Below, piece after piece: positions 47,461 to 56,714 of a DNA stretch of 64,000 nt (position 1 is the first letter of the stretch; every line of letters begins with the position of its first letter). The translations under genes and the position numbers were made by a program. The notes beneath the pieces are model-generated. The model searched no databases, was not told where the DNA came from, and worked only from the letters and a program-made list of their open reading frames with translations. The DNA comes from Dehalococcoidia bacterium (lineage in GTDB: Bacteria > Chloroflexota > Dehalococcoidia > Lucifugimonadales > JADFKI01): contig OY730226.1 of the NCBI GenBank assembly GCA_963422525.1, positions 1,368,524 through 1,432,523 on the forward strand, read 5' to 3'.

Positions 47461-48720
47461 TCAGCCCCGCGCGATGTAGGGTATCGTCTGGGGTCCCTCT
47501 GGCAGCGCGCATATCCTTGCATCCGCCCCGCATTCAGCTATTGCGTCCTCTATGCTTTCCACAGGCGTAAGGTGCGCTTCCGCTGTCTGCTGCGCCGTCA
47601 GGAACCTCGACTTGATATAGACTGCAGCCTTCATCTGAATCTGCGCCTGAACCTGCGCCTGCCACTGGTCGTGCCGCTCATAGCCCGGCTCGTTTATCAT
47701 TGCCAGCAGCTCCGACGGGCTGCTGCATGATGCGAGAATTCGCCGATACTGTCCGTGCTCAGGCATGCCCTCCGAGCACTCCGCCGCACAGATAATACGC
47801 CCTCCATCCTTTACGACCTGCGCCGCCGCCGACATCCCCTTTACAGCCTGATATAGGTTCTGGTCGAGAGGATAGCCGCTGTTCGTCGTAATCACCACAT
47901 CGAATGGTTCTTCCACCGGCTGCATCGCTAGCCGCTCGGCGACAGCGCACGCCGCCGCGTGGACGCCGAACAGTTCGCCCGCATACACGCTGGTAATCCG
48001 CTGTTCGCGGTTTATCGTTACATCTACCGAGAAATCCACCCCTGACATCTGAGCAATCTCCCTGATACTGTCGTGTATCGGATTGCCTACGGTAACGCCG
48101 AAGCGAGCATCAGGATGCCCTATCATTGCCGCATCGTGCAGCCGCATTATCGTTCCGAAGCCTGCAAGCCCCGGCGCGACCATCTTCGGCCCCCCGCTGA
48201 AGCCGGCGAAAAAGTGCGGCTCAACGAACCCTGTCGTTATGCGGATGTCGCTCTCCACCCATCTCCGATCTAGGCGAACCTCGATACCTGTCTTCGTGCT
48301 GCCAATACGCTCCAGCGCGCCCTCATCGAAGCCGTCGTGATTGACTATCTTGTACCTGTTGGCTACTTCTTTGCCAAGCATCTGCGCTATCTCTGCGTCA
48401 GTATTGGCGCGGTGGGTGCCCGTTGCGATGAGGATGGTTATGTTTTCGCGCGACACATGCCGAAGCTCGCCCAGCAGTATAGGCAGCAACAGTTTGCTTG
48501 GCATCGGGCGCGTAATGTCGCACACCGATATGGCTACGCTCTGCGTGGGCTTTACCACCTGCCGCAGCGGTGGAGCGCCGATGGGATTGCGCAACGCAGT
48601 CAGGATTGCGCCTTCTGCGTCCGGCAGCCCCGGCACATAGGTCGGCTCTATGACCGTCGTGCGTTCAGCCGGCAGGTCCACTTCCAACCCTTCGCGCCCA
48701 TACGCCAGTCTGACTTTCAT
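47461..48720 (-). CDS. larA: LarA-family nickel-pincer (NPN)-dependent 2-hydroxyacid racemase/epimerase homologue
   Basis: DUF2088-type N-terminus (MKVRLAYGREGLEVDLP), ATGTHRANT block, FSGGPKMVAPG containing the Lys that tethers NPN in characterised LarA. The start lies 3 nt after the stop of the upstream M20 peptidase gene. Confidence 0.8.
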   Translation of the reverse strand: MKVRLAYGREGLEVDLPAERTTVIEPTYVPGLPDAEGAILTALRNPIGAPPLRQVVKPTQSVAISVCDITRPMPSKLLLPILLGELRHVSRENITILIATGTHRANTDAEIAQMLGKEVANRYKIVNHDGFDEGALERIGSTKTGIEVRLDRRWVESDIRITTGFVEPHFFAGFSGGPKMVAPGLAGFGTIMRLHDAAMIGHPDARFGVTVGNPIHDSIREIAQMSGVDFSVDVTINREQRITSVYAGELFGVHAAACAVAERLAMQPVEEPFDVVITTNSGYPLDQNLYQAVKGMSAAAQVVKDGGRIICAAECSEGMPEHGQYRRILASCSSPSELLAMINEPGYERHDQWQAQVQAQIQMKAAVYIKSRFLTAQQTAEAHLTPVESIEDAIAECGADARICALPEGPQTIPYIARG

Positions 48721-48723
48721 ACG

Positions 48724-49806
48724 CTAGTCCTGCCCTCGTATCAGCGCCTCGCACAAATGCGCCGTGTCCACCAACTCCGGTATGACTACATATTCCCTGA
48801 CCGTATGCATGCCATGGTCCGCCATGCCCACCACCACAGCGCTCATCCCTCTCAGCCGGAATACATTGCCGTCGGTGCCTCCGCCCGAAGGTCGAAAGTC
48901 CGGCTCCAGTCCCAACCCGCGCAGCGCGCCGGTAACTCGCGCCGTGGCAGCATCGTCATCGTTCAGTGTGTAAGTCTCAAACTCGGTGTGCAGATGGTCA
49001 TCAAGCTTTGCTTCGGGGAACATCTGCCGCACATCATCCAACGCCTCCGAAATTTGCACGCGGATGTCGTCGAGCGTCTCTATGTTGCGGCTTCGAAACT
49101 CGCCTTGAATGATTGTCGTCTCTGCGACGGTGTTGCGAACCGAACCGCCCTCGATTGTGCCGACATTAAAGGTCGTTTCTTCGTCGAGCCGTCCTTGCGG
49201 CAGCCTCGTTATCAGCTCCGCGGCTATGCGTATCGCCGACAGCCCCTTCTCCGGCTCGACGCCGGCGTGGGCTGATCGCCCGGTAACTTCGATGTTGAAG
49301 CCGATGTATGTCGGGCTTGACGATGTAATCTGCGACACCGGTCCCTCACCGTCAAACACGATGGCTTCCTTAGCTGTGAGCATCGAGAAGTCGAGGTTGC
49401 GGGCGCCCACAAGCCCGATCTCTTCCTCGCGTGTGAACGCGACCTCGATGCCCGTATGCGCCACGCCATCTTCATGCACGGATTCCAGCGCCTCCAGGAT
49501 GGCAGCGACGCCGCACTTGCAGTCGCCGCCGAGTATCGTCGTGCCGTCGGATTCGATGCGGTCGCCCGATACTCTGGGCTGTACGCCGCGTCCCGGCTCC
49601 ACCGTGTCCATGTGCGCCGACAGCAGCAGCGGATCCGCCCCGCCGTCGTTGGCTATCAAGTTGCCATAAGCGTCACGCCGCACGGTAAAGCCCAAATCTT
49701 CAAGACGGCGCGTCAAGTCCTGCGCCATCGTCTCCTCTTCTCCCGAAGGGCTGTCAATCCGCGCAAGTTCTGTGAATGTCCTCACCAATCGGTCCCTGTT
49801 TATCAT
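48724..49806 (-). CDS. M20/M25/M40-family metallopeptidase
   Basis: MINRDRLVRTFTELARIDSPSGEE, AHMDTVEPG metal-ligand block, GGDCKCG. The ATG at 49806 follows TAGGAGAAG; the track start at 49884 is less likely. Confidence 0.85.
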   Translation of the reverse strand: MINRDRLVRTFTELARIDSPSGEEETMAQDLTRRLEDLGFTVRRDAYGNLIANDGGADPLLLSAHMDTVEPGRGVQPRVSGDRIESDGTTILGGDCKCGVAAILEALESVHEDGVAHTGIEVAFTREEEIGLVGARNLDFSMLTAKEAIVFDGEGPVSQITSSSPTYIGFNIEVTGRSAHAGVEPEKGLSAIRIAAELITRLPQGRLDEETTFNVGTIEGGSVRNTVAETTIIQGEFRSRNIETLDDIRVQISEALDDVRQMFPEAKLDDHLHTEFETYTLNDDDAATARVTGALRGLGLEPDFRPSGGGTDGNVFRLRGMSAVVVGMADHGMHTVREYVVIPELVDTAHLCEALIRGQD

Positions 49807-49895
49807 CGCTTCTCCTAAGTATCTCTTGCTCCCGCTCATAGTCTTGCTAGCTTTGCTCGTAAAATCGCCTTTGTCACAAAGCATAAAGCGTAGCC

Positions 49896-52800
49896 CTACT
49901 CTGACAGCGTTAGATGGTTGCCGTCCCGCTTAATCCGCTCATCCTCGAGCATACGGTCTAAAATCTCCCCTAGTTTGTAGTCAATATAACCAGTAACCCT
50001 GCGAAAACCCAGCAGATTAGCGGCATTCCTTATCGCTTCTTCACGGTCAATCCCAAAAGAACGCTCCACAACCATCCGCACGGCTTCGGCGATTTCTTCA
50101 GGTGAGATATACTCAATATTCTTTCGTTCCCGCTCAAGGTTGCTTCTGTCGCGCACGAGCGGCCGTTCCATATCGTTAGCCCATATGAAGTACCCCTTAC
50201 GGATTACCTGTTTGCGGCGCACGGCATCCTCAATTGCCCAGTATATCTTCCCTTGAATCTTTGTGCCGACTCTTGCTACACCTGCTGCGTTAGCGATGCG
50301 TCGGATGACCTCATCATCCTGCACCGGACTTTCTACGCGCACCACCTCAATGACGGGTTCGATTAGCCATTCGACAGGCGCGTCACCAAGTTCATAGGAG
50401 CCGATATGGACATTCGGCTGCGCCAACCGATAAAGAGGAATATCGGGAACAAAGCTTTCTTGCTTGACATCCGCGCGCGAAATAACCGACTCGTTCGGTA
50501 TAGGCTTTGCAGATGATTTGCCAGCGTTCTGCCGCGATGTCAACGCATCTTCTATCGCCGCCGTCGCGCGTTTCAATTCGCGCTCCGGGTTGTTGAACCA
50601 GTCGGTACTCCAGACGCGGTGTATCCGCCATCCCAGCTTCACCAGCGCCTTCTCTCTGATTCTGTCGCGGTCGCGCGCCGACCGCGAACTGTGATAGGTT
50701 GCGCCATCGCACTCGATACCTAAAACATACCTGCCCGGTCGCTTAGGGTCCACTACGCCAATATCAACGAAGTACCTGCTTGAAGCCACCTCATCGTGAA
50801 TTTCGTACCCATGCGAACGCAGTCTGCTGGCAACCTCTATCTGGAATGGCGAATTTACCTCCCGCCCTGACATCATGGGCATATCGGGCATTTCGCCCTG
50901 CTCCGCATACGCTAGAAACTTCTTGAAGGCGCGCAAGCCATGTCCACTATTCACGGTCACCCTGATGTCATCGGCGTGAAGGTTAGTGAACACATGGCAG
51001 CGTCGCTTTGCTCTGCTGATGAGCACATTAAGACGTCTCTCGCCGCCATCCCTGATGAGCGGGCCGAAGTTTTGCAATACACGCCCATCGGCATTGCGCC
51101 CGTATCCCACACTAATGAAGATGACATCGCGCTCGTCGCCCTGCACATTCTCCAGATTCTTTATGAAGAAAGGTTCGTTCGGATGGTCGTCGTTGAAGAA
51201 TTGTTCGAGAGCGTTGTCTTGGCGTCTAAGCGCCTCTAGCGCGTCCTGCACCTCATCCCGTTGGCTGCTGCTGAATGTGGCAACTCCCAGAGACAACTTC
51301 GGATGCTGGCGAGCATGCCTCATAACCGCCTCTGCCACCTGTTGGGCTTCCTCTCGGTTTCTTCCGCTGCCGCCGTACTTGGTATCCAGATAGTGATACT
51401 GCAACCCTAAATCATGCTTTTCTTTGTCCGGGCTGGGAAATACTACCAGACGATTATCGTAGAATTCGCTGTTGGATACCGCAATTAATGACTCATGGCG
51501 GCTGCGATAGTGCCAGCGCAGCATACTTGAGGGAGCCCCCTGTGCGGAGAACAAGCTCAGAATGCTTTCCATATCTGCGGTCGCAGCGTCGTCGCTGTCA
51601 TCATCTTGGTTGACTGCATTGAAGAAGTCGGTGGGAGGTAATTGCTTATCATCGCCCACCACAACCGCCTGTTTGCCGCGAATCAGCGCGCCCAGCGCAT
51701 CCACAGGCTTCACTTGGCTTGCCTCATCGAACACCACTATATCGAACTTGACGCTGCCAAGCTTCAGATATGTCGCTACCGAAAGCGGGCTCATCATAAA
51801 TACAGGCTTGATTGCTTGTACGGCATTTCCTGCTCGTTCCATCAACTGTCGTATGGAAAGATGCCGCCGCCGCTTCGCAATCTCCCTCCTTAGAATACCT
51901 AGCTGCCCTCCACCGCCGTACTTAGGCAGCGACTCCCAATGGACATGACTGACCCTTGTGCGGTTGTTCGCCAGCGCCAACTCATCCATCTCGCGGAACT
52001 TATCAATTATTTGCTGGTGAAAATCGCCGTTGAAGCCTACTAGACAGTCTCTTTCCTTAAGCGCGCGGGACAGTATGGCGCTGTAACGCGCCTTTTCAAA
52101 GCACGCTGATAGATACTCGGACGCTTCTGGCCATTCCCAAGCCAAATCTACAACCTCAGCCATATCCTCATCCACGACATTAGACGCGGCGGCGTTAAAC
52201 CCTGCCATGTCGCGAATTGTGTTGACACCACTTTGCCATTCTGCAATAACACCCTTTTGCCTCATAAATGGCATGGCGTTCAGCCCGTCGGGATTGCCGA
52301 ACTGCTTTGAGTTATCTATTTTCAGCAAGGTTTCAAGATTAGCGATATGCTCTGCATGAGATGCGCGGGCGGATTGCGCCTGCTTCCGAAAATCATTCAC
52401 TTTGCTGGCGTTAATCTTATCGCTCATATCGAAAGCGAGCGTAGAATCGACATTTCCGTTATCAACATCCTCAAGCAGCGCAAGCGCCCACTCAGCGATG
52501 CGCTCTACGGCTTTCCAGTCCGAGCCTTTCCAGCCTGAATATTCGAATTGCCACTTCTGGCCAAAGACTTCTTTTGCGGTTGGCGATAGCTTCGCTACAT
52601 TCCGTCGCGTTTGCTGTTCGTCCAGTATTGCCTCGGCAAGCGCTATCTGTCGTTCGATATTCGTATCGGAGCATTCGATTTTGATGATGGCGCGATAATT
52701 TGACAAAGCGTCGAGTGTCTGAATACGAAGGGTATTTACCCTAGCAGGGTCCCACTCAGCGCTCATATCGAAAGCGAGCGTAGAATCGACGCTTCCGTTG

Positions 52801-55289
52801 TCAACATCTTCAAGCAGCGCAAGCGCCCACTCAGCGATGCGCTCTATGGCTTTCCAGTCCGAGCCTTTCCAGTCTGAATATTCGAATTGCCACTTCTGGC
52901 CAAAAACCTCTTTTGCGGTCGGCGATAGCGTCGCTATATTCTGTCGCGTTTGCTGTTCCGCGAATATTGCCTCGGCAAGCGCTATCTGTCTTTCAACATT
53001 GAAAGCCTGTTCGCCATGACACAAGTCCATCATCTGCTTCCTAGAGTGGCGGTATCCGGAAGAAAAGAGCCTTCCCCAAAAGCTGCGTCCGGTTGTAGAA
53101 AGTATGCGATGCGCTTCGCTCACATCAGCTTCCCAAGCGTCCGGCTTGAGCGCCGCATCGTATTTGGAATGGAGTTGTTCCAGGTGTTCCTGATAGCTCA
53201 GCAATTTCTGTAACTCACGGCGACAGCCGTGTGACTTTAGCGCTCTCAGATTGACGCCTTCGATGTTAGGCGCTTGTGCGGCGCGTTCAGCGAGGGGAAG
53301 TATCGCTTCGACCTGCCTGATGTCCTCGGGCGCGTCCAACCCTAACGCCTCGCTGAGTGCGCGCGCTAGCTCCGCTATAGTATTTAACGCCCCAACATCT
53401 CCTGGTGGAGCATACCAATAAAGAGCTGCTAATTGATTCCTAGCGCAGAGATATTTGGGAGAAATGAGACTTCTCCAAAGAACGCTCTCAGTGTTGGAAA
53501 GTATGCGATGCGCTTCGCTCACATCAGCTTCCCAAGCGTCCGGCTTGAGCGCCGCATCATATTTTTTGGAATGGAGTTGTTCCAGGTGTTCCTGATAGCT
53601 CAGCAATTTCTGTAACTCACGGCGACAGCCGTGTGACTTTAGCGCTCTCAGATTGACGCCCTCGATGTTAGGCGCTTGTGCGGCGCGTTCAGCGAGGGGA
53701 AGTATCGCTTCGACCTGCCTGATGTCCTCGGGCGCGTCCAACCCTAACGCCTCGCTGAGGTGACGAGCGGCATCTTTCAATGTATCAATAGATACTGCGG
53801 CAGCGGTGAGCCCTTCGCGCAAATCTTCCTCTTGTTCGGGCGTTACTAATCGCAGCTGCGAACCCCGAAACATGTGCTCCTTTGGAACACCTACACTGCC
53901 CAAAAGCGTTTGAATCTCGGACACCGCGCCCATTTTCCGCTGAAAGTCTGCGTTCGCCCAAGAAGCGATATTTGGTATCTGCACACGGGGCAGACGTACA
54001 CCATTTTCGTCTGCTTCAATTCTGCTGAGTTCGCCATATGTACGATAGGGGGACACACCCGTGTCTCCCACCGGCGTATTCACCGCTGCCGCATACCTGT
54101 TCAGCCTGTCCCGATGCTCCGTAAGGGTAATGAAATCATCTTCGATACCCTCCATACTCGGCTTACCCAGCTCAAGCGTTTTTCCCAGATCGTCTATAAC
54201 TGCCTTCTTTTGCGTCTTATGGCTGTGCAATTCAAGGCAGGCAACACCAATGCCGATGCCGTCAAGCCTGCGTTTCACCACCTCCAGCGCTGCCATCTTC
54301 TCCGCAACGAAAAGCACGGTCTTTCCTTGCCCGATACTCTCCGCAATGATGTTCGTGATCGTCTGAGATTTGCCTGTGCCAGGCGGCCCCTGAATGACCA
54401 TGTTGCGCCCGCTGTCCACATCGTGTATCGCCTTCGCCTGCGACGAATCGGCATCCACGACGTGGTGCGCATCATCAGGCTTGAGATGATCGTCAAGAAA
54501 GTCGCCTTCGCCAATCTCTGAGGGCGCTTCTTGGAATCCACCCTCTAGCAGGGCGTGAATGATGTGATTTCCCGGCAGACCTCCGTTTTCAGGCCAGGAA
54601 TTAGGGTCCAAGTCTCTGTACATCAGTAGCTTGTTGAACGAAAAGAAGCCTAGAACTACGCTGTTGTAGTCAACAGCCCAGCGTTTCATCCCCTTTATGC
54701 TGCGTGAAACATCAGTGAAGTAGGCATCAATATCTATATCTTCCGCATCAGCCTCCTCTTCATCCGCCAATCCGGGAATCTCAATGCCAAAATCCTGACG
54801 AGCTTTCTGAATGAACGCTATGTTCGCCCCCAATTCTTCACCGGTGTACATAACCTTGAACCCGGCGTTAGCATTATCCCGCTCAAGCCGGACAGGAACC
54901 AAGATGAGTGGCGCTTTACGCTCCTGCTCGCTGGAATCGGACTCATACCAACTCACCATTCCTAGCGCCATGAACAAGGTGTTGACGCCCTGCTCCTGAA
55001 TCAGCGTATTGGCGTCATAGTAGGTTCTGAGAAGACGGCGTCCTAATTGAGCAGAAGTTTCTGCGGTGCGGATGCGGTTATTTCTGCTGGACTTAGACTC
55101 AACATCAAGAAACTGCATCGGTGGATTATTCCGGAGGAGCGTCTCGAAAATCTTGACAGGCTTAGCCCCCACGGCCTCGACGCCCTTAGCCTTTAACAGC
55201 TTGTAATTCAGCAGACGATTCCGAAGGCTCAAGTCTAGCAATTCTGTTCTTGAACGCTCAATCTTCTCTTTGATGGAGTCGGTCGTCAT
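49896..55289 (-). CDS. giant DUF4011-like / Upf1-like SF1 helicase / Vsr(MTES_1575)-like endonuclease / DUF3320-like fusion protein
   Basis: - N-terminus: ELLDLSLRNRLLNY and KAPLILVPVRLER (DUF4011-like).
- Walker A GPPGTGKS (nt 54366-54389).
- About 875 aa of insertion.
- Walker B VVFDEASQ (about 51714-51737), then VVVGDDKQLPP, QGDERDVIFIS and RLNVLISRAKRR.
- Nuclease fold: YVLGIECDGATYHSSRSARDRDRIREKALVKLGWRIHRVWSTDW.
- A ~300-aa tail.
- I prefer the ATG at 55289 (GGAAGGAG 8 nt upstream) over the track start at 55424. Confidence 0.9.
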   Translation of the reverse strand: MTTDSIKEKIERSRTELLDLSLRNRLLNYKLLKAKGVEAVGAKPVKIFETLLRNNPPMQFLDVESKSSRNNRIRTAETSAQLGRRLLRTYYDANTLIQEQGVNTLFMALGMVSWYESDSSEQERKAPLILVPVRLERDNANAGFKVMYTGEELGANIAFIQKARQDFGIEIPGLADEEEADAEDIDIDAYFTDVSRSIKGMKRWAVDYNSVVLGFFSFNKLLMYRDLDPNSWPENGGLPGNHIIHALLEGGFQEAPSEIGEGDFLDDHLKPDDAHHVVDADSSQAKAIHDVDSGRNMVIQGPPGTGKSQTITNIIAESIGQGKTVLFVAEKMAALEVVKRRLDGIGIGVACLELHSHKTQKKAVIDDLGKTLELGKPSMEGIEDDFITLTEHRDRLNRYAAAVNTPVGDTGVSPYRTYGELSRIEADENGVRLPRVQIPNIASWANADFQRKMGAVSEIQTLLGSVGVPKEHMFRGSQLRLVTPEQEEDLREGLTAAAVSIDTLKDAARHLSEALGLDAPEDIRQVEAILPLAERAAQAPNIEGVNLRALKSHGCRRELQKLLSYQEHLEQLHSKKYDAALKPDAWEADVSEAHRILSNTESVLWRSLISPKYLCARNQLAALYWYAPPGDVGALNTIAELARALSEALGLDAPEDIRQVEAILPLAERAAQAPNIEGVNLRALKSHGCRRELQKLLSYQEHLEQLHSKYDAALKPDAWEADVSEAHRILSTTGRSFWGRLFSSGYRHSRKQMMDLCHGEQAFNVERQIALAEAIFAEQQTRQNIATLSPTAKEVFGQKWQFEYSDWKGSDWKAIERIAEWALALLEDVDNGSVDSTLAFDMSAEWDPARVNTLRIQTLDALSNYRAIIKIECSDTNIERQIALAEAILDEQQTRRNVAKLSPTAKEVFGQKWQFEYSGWKGSDWKAVERIAEWALALLEDVDNGNVDSTLAFDMSDKINASKVNDFRKQAQSARASHAEHIANLETLLKIDNSKQFGNPDGLNAMPFMRQKGVIAEWQSGVNTIRDMAGFNAAASNVVDEDMAEVVDLAWEWPEASEYLSACFEKARYSAILSRALKERDCLVGFNGDFHQQIIDKFREMDELALANNRTRVSHVHWESLPKYGGGGQLGILRREIAKRRRHLSIRQLMERAGNAVQAIKPVFMMSPLSVATYLKLGSVKFDIVVFDEASQVKPVDALGALIRGKQAVVVGDDKQLPPTDFFNAVNQDDDSDDAATADMESILSLFSAQGAPSSMLRWHYRSRHESLIAVSNSEFYDNRLVVFPSPDKEKHDLGLQYHYLDTKYGGSGRNREEAQQVAEAVMRHARQHPKLSLGVATFSSSQRDEVQDALEALRRQDNALEQFFNDDHPNEPFFIKNLENVQGDERDVIFISVGYGRNADGRVLQNFGPLIRDGGERRLNVLISRAKRRCHVFTNLHADDIRVTVNSGHGLRAFKKFLAYAEQGEMPDMPMMSGREVNSPFQIEVASRLRSHGYEIHDEVASSRYFVDIGVVDPKRPGRYVLGIECDGATYHSSRSARDRDRIREKALVKLGWRIHRVWSTDWFNNPERELKRATAAIEDALTSRQNAGKSSAKPIPNESVISRADVKQESFVPDIPLYRLAQPNVHIGSYELGDAPVEWLIEPVIEVVRVESPVQDDEVIRRIANAAGVARVGTKIQGKIYWAIEDAVRRKQVIRKGYFIWANDMERPLVRDRSNLERERKNIEYISPEEIAEAVRMVVERSFGIDREEAIRNAANLLGFRRVTGYIDYKLGEILDRMLEDERIKRDGNHLTLSE
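52421..53000. repeat. intragenic tandem duplication B within the helicase gene (two 241-bp cores, ~92% identical)
   Basis: 52421-52661 versus 52760-53000, period 339 nt (113 codons). About 19 mismatches in my manual alignment. Confidence 0.9.
53098..53759. repeat. intragenic tandem duplication A within the helicase gene (two ~260-bp cores, ~99% identical)
   Basis: 53098-53357 versus 53497-53759. My manual alignment finds 2 substitutions and one 3-nt indel. The offsets of 399 and 402 nt are both multiples of 3. Confidence 0.9.
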
Positions 55290-55621
55290 AAGCCCCGCTC
55301 CTTCCATCCTGTCCAATATACGCTCCGGCATGTTCGTTCGTGGTGAGCCTGTTCTGAGCTTGTCAAAAGGGAGCCGTCGAACCTGATAGCATTCCCTTTT
55401 TAGGCGGTAAAGCCGTCCCTCCACCCTTGATAAGGGAAGGCCTGGATTGAGGATGACTTGCTATTCAACCACCCGATTCGCAACCCTATCATCAAATCGC
55501 CCAGTATCATAAATCCTGCCCATCCATGTTAATCTCAGATATTGTATTTTGTACAGACGGCGTGTCAAGGGTTGGAACTTCACGCCGCTACGGGTTAAAC
55601 TACACCCAGCGTAGATGAGGT

Positions 55622-56386
55622 ATGGCAATGACCCTTCAGGCTGAACAACAATACACTACGATGATCCGCGATCTGCCCCAGGACGAGCGACCGCGCGAGC
55701 GTCTCCAGCGATACGGCCCCAACCATCTGAGCAACGCCGAACTTATCGCTATCCTGCTGCGCGTGGGATCGACCGGCGAGAGCGTGCTGAACCTGTCGGC
55801 GCGAGTCCTTGCCACCTATGGCGGTCTTGGCGGCGTGGCGCGCGCCTCACACGGCGAATTATGTGACCTGCATGGCATCAGCGACGCCAAGGCATGCCAA
55901 ATTTTGGCGGCGCTCGAGCTTGGACGGCGTCTCACATCGCTCCAACCCGAAGACAGAGCGGTAATTCGCTCGCCCCAAGATGTATTCAACCTACTCGGCG
56001 CCGAAATGGGCTTCCTCGATCAAGAACATCTTCGCGTGTTGCTGCTGAACACCAAGAACGAAGTGCTGGCAACCCACGAGATTTACAAAGGCAACGTAAA
56101 CTCGGCGGTGGTGCGCGTCGCAGAAGTGATTCGCCCCGCCATCAGAGCGAACTGCCCCAATATCATCGTAGTGCACAATCACCCTTCCGGCGACCCAACT
56201 CCAAGCCCGGAGGACATTCTGGTAACGCGCCAAATTAACACATGCGCCGATATGATGAGCATCAAACTACTCGACCATGTTGTAATAGGCAACCAGCGAT
56301 TTGTCAGCCTCAAGGAAAGAGGGCTAGGATTTAGCGGCGACGCTCCCGCTAACATTGATATTGGCTTGGCAGCAGAAAGAAAGTAG
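55622..56386 (+). CDS. radC: RadC-family JAB/MPN-domain protein
   Basis: UPF0758 N-terminus ([33 protein letters not shown]) and JAMM motif [14 protein letters not shown]. Confidence 0.9.
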   Translation: MAMTLQAEQQYTTMIRDLPQDERPRERLQRYGPNHLSNAELIAILLRVGSTGESVLNLSARVLATYGGLGGVARASHGELCDLHGISDAKACQILAALELGRRLTSLQPEDRAVIRSPQDVFNLLGAEMGFLDQEHLRVLLLNTKNEVLATHEIYKGNVNSAVVRVAEVIRPAIRANCPNIIVVHNHPSGDPTPSPEDILVTRQINTCADMMSIKLLDHVVIGNQRFVSLKERGLGFSGDAPANIDIGLAAERK

Positions 56387-56395
56387 GCGATTGCT

Positions 56396-56695
56396 ATGTC
56401 TGAAAGAGAAATGGGCGATATAGGCACGGAGTTTCAGTTTGAAGACGCCGACATAAGTGTTTGGGACCTGGCGCTGGAGCCTGGCCAGTCCAGCGCATGG
56501 CACCATCACACTAGGCGCTATGTGTTCATCGTAACGCGCCCCGGCACGCTCAAAACAGAGTACGAAGACGGCTCTACATCGGTGAGTAATCTTAGACTTG
56601 GGCAGGTGGTTAAGGGCAAGAAAGACGCCGTGCATCGCGTAACTAATGTAGGTGAACAGCTGTACAGCAACGCCATCATAGAGTTGCAGGATTGA
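56396..56695 (+). CDS. small cupin-fold protein
   Basis: 99 aa. LEPGQSSAWHHHTRRY...HRVTNVG resembles the two cupin motifs. Confidence 0.6.
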   Translation: MSEREMGDIGTEFQFEDADISVWDLALEPGQSSAWHHHTRRYVFIVTRPGTLKTEYEDGSTSVSNLRLGQVVKGKKDAVHRVTNVGEQLYSNAIIELQD

Positions 56696-56714
56696 AGCAA
56701 AGGCGAGGTGAGCA

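Noticed and set aside
55290-55424. 45-codon N-terminal extension of the giant helicase ORF.
   Set aside because: The extension (MEGRLYRLKRECYQVRRLPFDKLRTGSPRT...) has no RBS. The ATG at 55289 sits 8 nt after GGAAGGAG and begins just before the conserved DUF4011-like block.
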